A DNA stretch of 62,922 nucleotides, counting the filler, from Choristocarpus tenellus KU-1152 (lineage: Eukaryota > Protista > Phaeophyceae): NCBI GenBank assembly GCA_964200185.2. It is 11 parts of 11 records of this genome, joined end to end, with 100 filler letters (N's around TTAATTAATTAA, not from the genome) between each part and the next. Parts side by side here need not be neighbours in the genome. Positions count along the whole stretch, not along the records: positions 35,334 to 41,844 come from CAXNAD020007976.1; positions 41,945 to 44,956 come from CAXNAD020022949.1; positions 45,057 to 55,417 come from CAXNAD020002971.1; 8 more parts are not named here. The stretch is one strand, 5' to 3'. The position numbers and the translations under genes were made by a program. The notes under the pieces are model-generated. The model was given only the letters and a program-made list of their open reading frames with translations, was not told the origin of the DNA and searched no databases. Below are positions 37,994 through 48,934 of this stretch, piece after piece. Numbering within the stretch: position 1 is the stretch's first letter; each line of letters starts with the position of its first letter.

Positions 37994-40923
37994 TTATCCC
38001 CTCGAATCCTCCGGGGTCCTACTGACCGCTGCCTTCAAAGCACCAACAGCAGTGTCTCTAGCTGTGTCCAGAGCTCCCACAGCTGTACCTCGGGCAATGT
38101 CAAGAGCGCCCGCTGCAGAGTCCCGGGCGGCATCCAACACTGTCTCACCAGACAGCAGCTGCCGCAGCTCTTTAGCCCGTTCCTGTACATCTGGACGGTT
38201 CACGTAGTTTGAAGCTATCTGCTTAAGCTGTTCCAGCAGCTCAGGTCTGAAACAGAACGCATACATATTCAACACGGGTGTGAGGGATGACAGGGGGAGG
38301 AATATTGGACCGGTAAGAGAGCTGAATCATCCCGTGCGTTTATTTGCGAGCGCTTGGGGGGTAAACGCGGAGGGGGTGGGGGGGGCGGGGGCGGGGGGTG
38401 GAGGGGGATATATGTATATATATTTATGTATATATGTAACGCTTTTCTGCATGGTCTTTAAATACCATGTTGATGCTTGAAATATTGTGGGAGGCTAAAA
38501 TAAGGCTGGCCAATGAAATAGGACTACCCTCAACACCACCGATGCGATGGATCCAGAGGAGTTTGCTCATACAGAACCAGCACTCGATATACTCTCCAAT
38601 GAACATCCTCCGGACACTCTTCCGGCAATTAACCTTACTTCCCCTGTGAAACTATTGTGGTCCATGAGCAGCAGCCAATGAACAAAAAAAAGGTGCAATG
38701 ACCTTGTGATTGTGATTGTCCATTTCTTCACTCTTCCTGGTTCAACATTATGAGACTCTATATTGGACAAGGGAAAAGAGGACATTGACATTTTCCAACA
38801 AGGCAAACCAGTTTTCATTCAACCATATCCGCAGATGTAACGATACAATCAATCTCCATAGATGCTTCACCTTAACACACAAACACACACACACATGCAC
38901 GTCACTACGCATAGTATTAAAACAACCCCCTTTAAAAATTATCCGAAAACCATCTGTCCTTTCAAAAGTGCAGCGATACAGCACAGGGTACACCTCTAAC
39001 CTGGTTTCATCTATCGGGAACGGGGGGATGATGGGATTAAAGCGGAAGTACTCCTCCGGAGGAAGAAATGTCTTGAGAGTCTTATCCACATGTTCCGTGT
39101 CCTGCATTCCCAATCACACCCAATCACACACGTACACATCAAGGCATATGATAGTGTGGTCAATGTAAGAGCAACATCAAAGTAAGGGCAGCAAGCGATG
39201 GAAGAGGGTAATGCGGAGAGGGGTGAGAAATCTAGAATCAGAACTCGACAAGAAGCCCCCCCCCCAAAAAAAAGAAGAAAAAGCATATGTTTTTTTTGGT
39301 CAAGGTGCAATCTAGATAATGTGGAGGGTGACTGGAAATCGGTCACGAATGGGGTTCGCACTGGTTGGTCATCAGAGGGAATACATGGGGAAGGAAAGGG
39401 ATGAAAAAATAGGGGAATGGCAAACAAGGAATAAGTTAATAATAATAATAAGATGGTATGGACCATGGAAAAAAACAACCATGAAAGAAGACCCATGAAA
39501 GAAGACCCATGCAACAGACTAGAACCGGGTGTTGGAAATGCAGGTACCAATGTGGTACACCAAATGGACTGTGGTCCATGTTATGGACCACAAGTACAGC
39601 ACAACAACAAAAAATATATCTCTTTTGGAGTGAAAGTATCTTGGAGGGTACGAGTTTTTCCCTGTTTGTCCATTTGGGGCTTGGCTTCCCATGGGTTTTT
39701 TTTAATTACATTTTCCTACTCCAAAATATTTCTGAGTGGGTGAAATGTATACATTACGAAAAGATGTGTCCGGAACATGATGGATATTGACACTTCCTAA
39801 CAAACACGATAGCCAAAAATCAAAATCGCAACATTGGATTTTGGGCCCCAAATGGACGCGGCCCTACCCTCTAAGATACTCTGACTCTTGGTCGAAAAAA
39901 CGCTCGCAGTAAACAAATTAAACGTTCCGAAAAAATCTACAGAGATGAAGGGGGACAAGTTCAGACCCCTGCAATGATACAATAGGCTGCCGACTGAATG
40001 ATCGCTTGGGATCCCAATTCATTAGCACCGGCGCAATGAAGGCTAACGAGTTGGGCATTGAGCGACCTCATTGGAGGTTGTTAACACTTTTGGGAGGTAT
40101 GGTAGTATCTCTCCTTCGTAAGGTGAGGTGTGTGTCAAACCACACGCCTGCGTAACGAGCATTTCACCATGGGAATGTAGGTTTTTCAACTGGCCCTTCC
40201 ACCAGGTTTCAATAGGATGACAATTGGAGCGTTCTTATGTCTATATTCTGTACTTAGGGTTAGGGGACACATCTACGATTTAGGGTTAGGGTTAGGGGAC
40301 GCATCTACGATTTAGCAACAAAAACAATCACAGATACAGATCCACAACTGACCACTGCAGGATTTTGGACCTTCTCTTGGAACGCCACGAAAACACAATT
40401 ACAATTGGTCGTACTCAACACCTGTCCACACACACACACACACACCTTTGCTGCCTTCCGGCAGGGTATTGGACTAAAAAACCGATCACTGTATTTTTAA
40501 ACTTTTTTTTATTTATTAGGAGTTCATAAAATAAAATTCGTGATAATTCTACAGTTTTTTTTTCTTTCTGTAAATCTCGTAGCAATTGCTCACTGATCGT
40601 AAATTAATTTAATTTATTTTATTGATCTTTAGCTGTATCCTCGAGAGCAAACGAGACAGACGAAGAAAGGCTAAGTCGTAGTTCTTACTATTGAACTGTT
40701 TGGTGTAGATTGGTAAATGTGTACACAGCTCTAGGGGGGGGGCAGAGGGCTAAGAACAAACAGCCTAACCCTAACCCTAACCCTAGCTCACCGTGGCACT
40801 GTTCACCAGCTGACCCACAATAGTGCCCCAGCTCATCAAAGGTTCGTTTACGGAGGGGTCGTAGTATCCGGTACCCACTGATAGCACACACTCAATAGGC
40901 ACATCAGGATAAATCAGCTTGGC
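37994..40923 (-). CDS. Patatin-like phospholipase (iPLA2-gamma/PNPLA8-like), C-terminal exons (40923-40792, 39101-39001, 38246-37994)
   Basis: Spliced AKLIYPDVPIECVLSVGTG...NSAT|DTEHVDKTLKTFLPPEEYFRFNP...IDETR|PELLEQLKQIASNY, closely matching PNPLA8 motifs (VPLECIVSLGTG, SATDTE.VH, YFRFNP, LDE.R). Phases 0 and 2 are consistent. Confidence 0.9.
39628..39887. mobile_element. MITE family A, full-length (260 bp), intronic
   Basis: TIRs gagtgaaagtatctt.gagggta / taccctctaagatactctgactc; flanks TTG/TTG(G). Confidence 0.92.
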
Positions 40924-41464
40924 CTGGGCAAGAGAGGAAATGCAGGTATGGGGCAAGGGGGGACGGGAAGGAAGAGACTGTTGTAGAAGGGAAAACCTTA
41001 CACGGAGGAGGGGATTGAAGTGGAAAAGGAGGGGGTGGGGTGGGTAGGGGGGGGGTTAGAAGAGGATAGGTCAAGGTGAAAAAGGGAATATAAGAACGAA
41101 GGGGGGAAAGGGGGGAAAAGACCCATGCTTCCCAACCCGTACAGGAAGGAAGAAAGAACATTAATACAGTAACATCCTTTCCGATCTCCCTGATCTTTTT
41201 GCTAACATCACCTCCCAAGCAGGTCTTAAGACCCTGCACAGCATCGGCTTTGGCACTACCCTAAAACTACTGGGGGGCAATCCATGACGTGCACTCCACA
41301 CGCACTTGGCAGTGGAACTCTTCCAAACGCAAAAGACCGACTCTATAATTGATTCTTTTTTTCAAGTGGAGGAGAAGAGGGAGGCACGTATCTTGTACCT
41401 GAACATCTCCATTCAAGAAAAAAATAAAAGACAGAATGACTCAAAGAATGACTCAAAGAATCTA

Positions 41465-41499
<35 letters not shown>

Positions 41500-41981
41500 G
41501 GCCGGTTGGGGTCAATTTTTTCTTTTGGGGTTTTTTGNNNNNNNNNNTGGTAAAGAAAAGTGACAAAAATGGGGTTCGCGAGTGGGTTTTTGGTTTGTTG
41601 AGGGGGGGGGGGAGGGTGGGGGGGGGGTGGCGGCTGTCCAGTTGGGGTCAATTTTTTCATGTCGCGATTTTTGGATGATTCGTCACATGTGCCCGATGGA
41701 TAATGTAGATGCTTATTTTCCTGATTTTGGTCCAAATGGACACCCTGGCGTAGACCCCCCCCCCCCCCCCCCCCCCAATTTCTTTGGGACAAAAAAAAAC
41801 TTTGCAAAAGAAGGGGGGGGGGGTAGTTTGACCCCAAACCACAANNNNNNNNNNNNNNNNNNNNNNNNNNNNNNNNNNNNNNNNNNNNTTAATTAATTAA
41901 NNNNNNNNNNNNNNNNNNNNNNNNNNNNNNNNNNNNNNNNNNNNGTCCCATCAAACAAAAGAGAAACCAATGCTCTCAATT

Positions 41982-42167
41982 GGCTCAAGGTATCTGGGGG
42001 GGGGGGGGGGGGGGTTCTAGACCTGGGTGTCCATTCGGGCCCTGACCAGGAAAAGTGCTCTTGTATTATCTATCCAACGCATGCAACCAAATCACCCAAA
42101 TTTCGTGACAAGGAAAAATCGGCCCCAAATAGACAGTCGCCCCCCTGCCCCCCAGATACTATGAGCT
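41982..42167. mobile_element. MITE family B, full-length
   Basis: TIRs ggctcaaggtatctggggg / cccccagatactatgagct; perfect 4-bp TSD AATT. Confidence 0.92.
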
Positions 42168-44473
42168 AATTCAAACTAAACACTCATCCATAGAAATATG
42201 AGTGAAGCATAAAAAAGCCCAAGAGTGACTCAAAAAGCAAAACAGCCCAAAAACCTGAGTACCTCTCGTTTACTTTCGCTCTCTACAAATGTACAGAACG
42301 GGATTTCATACCCTTTTCTCGGGACCCTTAAAATGCAACTCTGCCTACCTCACGATTGATTTGACTCAAACACTACTACAACAATCTGGGTTAGACGTGC
42401 AAAGCAAGCATTTCGCGTGTTGTCTTCTCCAGGACGCAGTCATCGAGTGAAGAGATACCATAGCAGGATTACTGAACCTCTCTTCCGAGTGCTAGTAGAG
42501 CTGATAATTTCTTCATAATTTCTTTATTTTGTGAGACGTATACATCAGGAGTTAGTATCATTCAAGATGAGTTGATATTGGAAAGAAGGAATAAGTACTC
42601 CTAAAGTAAGTGTCAACAATATGGGGTCATGTTCAGGGGAAGGTACACAACGCAGAGAGCTTGTAGAAACAAAAACTTCAAAAACTATCTTTGGCAGAAA
42701 GCTGTGACACTCTCAAGTATTGTTATGTTGTTGAAGCCATCCAATTGGATACACTCGCTCTGGTATGACATCCCCTCACCAAACCCCTCAATCTGATTGG
42801 TGGTACATTTCTATTATTGATATTGTACCTCTTTCTTAGTACTGTTATTGTCGTTCTTGCAGAGCTTTAATTGATACGTCTATCCCTTGTATTTTTATGA
42901 GGCAGTTAGAGGTCTGCACGTGTGTATATATGTATGTGTAATGCCAACCTTGATGGGGGGTTTGGGGGGGGGGTCGAAGTTGCAATCAAGGCAAATACAC
43001 CGCCTCAAATATTTTTGAGCACAGTTTTATTGATCTTGTTTCGTACAGATAAAAGTAAAAGTAACTTTGGCGGTGCAAAATTTATTATATAATTCAAAAC
43101 AAGAAACGTATGGGCCATCATCACAGAAGCAAGAAAAGGGAAACTGAGTAACAATGTTGCCGGAGCAGTGTTGATATTGCTGATGAACTTGATGGCATTT
43201 CATGGTCGGTTACTGAAGAGGATGCAGGTTAAGTGAGTCGGACAACTGAGAGCAGGTGGAATCCAGACAAAAAATTTCCTGCACAGCAGTCAATTGTTGT
43301 GTACAATATCTCCTAATGGACCTTCACCCAACAGAGCACACCATACTGCGAGTTGTCATAGAATATCTTTGTTGATCACTCTTCTCCTAGACCTCTCACT
43401 CGCAACTGTCCTCTCCATCAAATATTTCCTTTGAATAATATATTTTTTTGTCACCGATGTTTTAATCAGGGCTTTCGATTTATTTGGCGGTACACTGGCA
43501 TCCCCATCATCTGCGAAGAAAATGCGATTGTTGGGACACACAAAAAATCAAATACTCAATCGGAACGTTTAGTTCGTACGTACCTACTGTTACATTATTA
43601 TGTTGTCCAAGATTATCATTATTTTTTCTGATTATCAACTCTCGTTACATTAGTGCCATTGACTACACGTACTCAACAGAGGTTTTTTTTTACTGTCTTT
43701 ATGTATTTATGTTGTGTGGAATCACTCGGAACTATTGCATATATTGATTGATTACGCAATGTATGTTCGATATCATTATCGCGATAAATATATTTCAAGA
43801 TAATAAGAGGTCCAATAACTTTGTTCAACTCCCACAGAGAGAGAAACTCAACCTACTACCAATCATTAAGTTCGTGAGCTCCATTAAAAAAAAACTTCAT
43901 CAGAAAGGTCCTACCAACCGCTTTACGCTCTATTGATACTTTTTCTCATCTTGGCATAAAAACAGCTGGCTCCCCCATTGGTCTCTTTTCAGAGATAAAT
44001 CACGAACACCCCAATTCATCTTCTGCCTCATTTTAAATGTAATTTTTTAGAAGTGCCACACAAACATATCATTCAGCAACAAAAAGAGCTACAGAGCCTT
44101 GGACGGCTGCTACAGAGTGATGGCAGCCACGATAGACACCGATACCATCAATTCTACAAAACGGTACAAGAGTAAAGCAGCAAGGACATTTATGCGTTAT
44201 ATGTGTATGTATGACAAAAAAAAAAGGATGAGCACATACGGCACCACCAAAAAGAGAGACATAACATCACCCAAAAGAGGATGACCTACTGCAAATATGT
44301 GCATCTGCATTTAAAAGTCAATGCACCGGACACATCCTCACCCTACGCATCACTACATTTCGTAACACGAAAAAATCGTAGGTGCACAACACGACGACAG
44401 TTACATTTCAAGTAAACTTGTGCAACAACAACGTCAACACAACAACCACTAGTGCGACCCTCATCTATACATC

Positions 44474-44505
<32 letters not shown>

Positions 44506-44885
44506 TGTATATATATATATTTCCTAACTAAAATGTAGTCCCCTTTTGACATTTTTTTCTTTCCATTTGCTACATCATCACTACCACAATGAAACACACA
44601 CAAGTTCTCCTCCAAGCGAAAAAAAAACAACCAAAAAAAAGAAAAAAACCCCATCTTTTTCGATAAATAAACGGCTTGGGTCACATGGAAACAAAAACCA
44701 CTCATGATTTCACTTCAACAAAGAGGAAGTACATATTTATCACATTCTTATTTTTAAAACGCAAGGATGATGATAGCACATCAAGCACCCTCCCCTGCAA
44801 GTCAGAGATCATACATACATACTACAACCTTATAAGAAGCTCCACCAACAATCCCTACTGCAATTAATTAATCTCCTCTTCTTCC

Positions 44886-44944
<59 letters not shown>

Positions 44945-45094
44945 CCCCCCCCCCCCNNNNNNNNNNNNNNNNNNNNNNNNNNNNNNNNNNNNNNNNNNNN
45001 TTAATTAATTAANNNNNNNNNNNNNNNNNNNNNNNNNNNNNNNNNNNNNNNNNNNNGTTGTTGGTGGGTGTGGGGGGTTGTGTGGGTCTGTGGT

Positions 45095-45126
<32 letters not shown>

Positions 45127-45155
45127 CTGGGGCACAGGGGAAGAAGGGTACCTAC

Positions 45156-48100
45156 CAGCTGCCTGGCTAACCCTCGTAATCTTTCCTCCTTCTTGTATTG
45201 CAAATGCTGTTTCTCCTTAGTGCTCTCTTCCTCCCTTCTACGTGTTGTAGAAAGATATGCTGCTTTCTCCACTGCAGCATGGACGCAGAGTCGCCGCCAG
45301 CTCCAAGAGAGAGAGAGGATAATCTCCTTCCTAACCATGCTCTGCATCTGCATGTAAATGTGCGTATATGTTTTGGGGAAGGGGAAGCAGAAATGGTGCA
45401 GAACTAATGAAACTTGGAGACCGAATAGGGAGGAGCCTATCTCCTCCCTATAACTTCTGTAACTTCTGTAACTACCTGAACATGGGGGTGTGGTAGGAGT
45501 GATGGGAAGGTGAGAATAGCATTCAAGACAGTGTGCTATCAATAACGTAGACTAAAGACTAGTGGGCTATGATGCACAGGAATGTCCAAAGGACACAAGG
45601 AGTATTTCCAAAATCAATTGATGTCTATGATATCTCCTCTGTGCCACACTTCTCCCTCCGTCTCTGAGAACACACCAAGGATATTAGTTGCTGCTTGTTT
45701 TTCTGTTGTTCTTCCTCCCTCAAGGACATTGAAGGTTTTGACATGGGATCAGCCTTGGCACTGGCTACAGCCCTTCTTTGTTCTGCAGTATCTGAAGCTG
45801 TGGTGGCACTGGCAGAAGCAGAGGCAGCGTACTGGCATATCCGACACCATCCTCGAAATAGCATGTGCTTGTTCTTGTCTCTAAGTCTGTCGATTATCTG
45901 CCGTTTGCAGGAAGGTGAGGAGTCAGGCACAAACAAAAAACGATGGGAGAGTGTACCTTGGTCAGTCAATGTGTTTCAAAAATGTCTAACTTCCTTGTAT
46001 GTTGAACACCATCTTCCCCTCAAATGATATTTCATTTTGTACCGTGAAATCCAGAGGAGTCAATACTTAGCACTGACCCATCACCTTTTGATTGCATGTT
46101 GACAGGTTTCTGCTGTAGTCAAATATCCCTGTTGATACAGCACCCATGATTTGTACAAGGATGGTGTGGCTACTACTCTGTAGGACGCTTGTTCAACCAA
46201 CAACTGAGAACCAGCAACAATAAATGACTCTATTGCTTCAAATGTATAGTGTTTCTGGTTACTCACACTGCTCTGTAAGAATCTATCAATTTGATGTAGC
46301 CATCAAGTGGCAGCCTCCTCTATTAAATAAAATGGTTACTGAGTGCTATCTTAACTCACCAACAGCCTTAAGTGTTGCATCTGACGTTCCAGGTTAGCTC
46401 TGTCGTCCCTATTAGCAGCCTCAGCAACTGCCTCAGCAACTGCTGCAGATGCGGCAGATTGTTGGCAGAGGCGAATCCAGCCCCAATACAAGGCATGCCT
46501 GTCCTTGTCTCTGCACCTGAAAATAATCTGTCAGGTGCAATGGACAGCAGGAAGCAAAGTGCAGGTCCCTTTTGTAAGAGTGGAGCTCTTTCGCCAACAA
46601 AATTCTTGATGGTACCAAGAAGCAGTAATATCCTTTCCACTGACCTACCTCTTTGGTGTGGTGCCAGGAGCATGAAGTTTGTAAGGTTTGGTTCAGCGGT
46701 GAGGGGGATTGCAGGGCAAGCACGTTCTGTTGACTTAGTGTAAGGCACTGGTCATTTTGCTGATGTGAGTGCTAATTTTTATGCTGCTTGTTCCATGCCT
46801 CAAGATCAGTGCAACTCTTCATCAATGAGAGGAATAAATCTCCGTAGCGCCCCTTCTACGTAATCCACATTGTAATTTACGCCATCTTGCAGGACAAAGA
46901 GGATCACTTGGAACTCTGCCATCCAGTGACGAGGGGCAGGCTAAATAATTGTGTTGGTCTACACCATTATAAGCACCCTAAGGGCTAGCCTTGAGCATTG
47001 CAACTTGGGGAAGTATAATTTTGCTAGTCTCACCATCTGTTTAAACCTCTTGGTTAGGAGCATTTCGTGGGTCATTTCCTTCTCCTCATTAACTGCTGCT
47101 GAGGTAGACGCCTCCTCCACTGCCTTCAACTGGGAGTCAGTCACAGGCTTCAAGGATTCCATAGTGTATTGGGCTTTAACAGCAGCAGTGTGCTGGCAAA
47201 TTCGACACCATGCCATATGGAGTAGGCTTTTACGTTTCCTCCTCCAGGCATGATACAGCTTCACCCACCAGAATAGAGCAGACAAGTGTTGCAAACGTGA
47301 TGCTGGGGTCGATGAGTGTAATACAAAGGAAGAACACATGGAAATAATCTTGGGCACACATCTCTGGATGATGTGCTGAGCAAAACTTCTTTTTTTCGAA
47401 GAATGGAGTAGGTATTTTTGTCATACTTGAAGCTTCAGTCATATTGATGATGGTATGGTACACACATTTGGTTAATTTTCTTTCACTCACCAATTGCCAG
47501 CTACGTGCCTTGTCGAATCCCTGGTCGGCCTTGTAGCGTGCATCGCCATAAACGCCAACACTTTCCCTCAATACCTGGGAGGACTCACCAAGGGCCGCAC
47601 CATGTGCAGGAGCAGATATTCGGGAATCCAGAGTATCCTCCTGTTTGGTGTGCAGATTGATAATCTCTTCAAATCCCACGTGTCCAGCTAGTGCTTGGTT
47701 GAGTCGCCGCATGTGGTCCGCTGACAGTTGCCGTTCGTACATGACAGCTGCCTGTTGCTCTGGTGTGAGAAAGTACTGCAGCGGTGTAGCATTTTTGTAA
47801 GGTTGGTGTGAGAAAATTGGATTGTTCTGCAGTTCTTGCAAGATCCAGGTGAAGTCGGAGCATGAATCAGGATTATACCTCGAGGTGCATTTAGGAGGTC
47901 ATCATCGAACTTCCTATAGGCTTTGACTCGCCTCCTTAAGCGTAGCAATCGTGGGAAGAGGCCCCACAGGCATCGAAGGGGGTGCTGGCAGCCCACGTGA
48001 CGAACCCCCGCTAAGGGAGACAGTGCCCCAAGGCTCCTCCACACTGCTCTCTCGACTATTGCCTTGGCTGAAACCTACGTCCCCACTGCACATCTCATTG

Positions 48101-48684
48101 ATGCTCGACCTGCTGACTTCATCATGCGACTGCAAATCAGCACCGTGTGATAGCGAAGGAGGCGAAATGGGACTGGGTATGCCGATGTTACCCAAACTTC
48201 CGCCATCGCTAGAAGGATCTCTACGCCTTCTTCTTCTCCCAGTGATCCCACGCCCATCTATTTCTGACCTGGTAGTGCGAGATATACCACCCGAATCATT
48301 CCTCGTGGGATTCATTTGTGCCACAGGATCGACCCCTATTGAACTTTCCTCTCCGTATAATGCTACATCTATCCCTTCCCTGGCGAGCAATGTTCCAGTC
48401 CCTGTTCCGATCTGGTAGGACTCGGACCCTTCCTCGTTGTGCACAATCGCACCGTGATTATCATCTTCGGCTCCGGTGATGGATAAGGAGACGCTTTCAC
48501 GAGTCTGGCTCATTGGTGATAGATCCCAAACACCGGATCCTGGTCGTTGATCCGTGGTCCGACCCTGACCTCTTTGCGTCCCCTCCGTGTTTGGAGAGAG
48601 GTCCACACTGTCGTATGTTACATAACCCTTTTGGCTGTCAGACTCTTGGTCTAAAGATGTTTTCAGTTCTTCCATCCTTTCCAT
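45156..48684 (-). CDS. Uncharacterised protein: disordered N-terminus followed by exon-encoded LxxxWxR[IL]C repeats (exons 48684-47932, 47826-47491, 47258-47034, 46527-46360, 45897-45676, 45347-45156; 3' truncated)
   Basis: All joins are phase 0; the last four exons each place L at codon 13, W at 17, R at 19 and C at 21. Intron 1 needs a GC donor. Confidence 0.82.
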
Positions 48685-48934
48685 ATCTCTCGCACCTTTG
48701 TGACGACCCACACCAAAAGATCATTCAATTAGGATCCGATGTCGTGTAACACGTTTTGGGGAAGTGGATTGATTGAAACGCCAATAGGTGATAATTTTTT
48801 TCTCAGAGGCGTTTGGGGTTTATGTGATGATACCAATACTTTGATGCAACACACAACGACTTTGATGTGACCACGACTAGATTTACCAGATTCCACATCT
48901 GACTGATTTGACTGCAAGGGTACGCTGTGGCAAT
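48685..48934. promoter_or_regulatory. Candidate bidirectional promoter (250 bp between divergent ATGs)
   Basis: ATG 48684 (-) and ATG 48935 (+) are head-to-head; CCAAT at 48781; region appears CpG-richer than introns. Confidence 0.55.
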
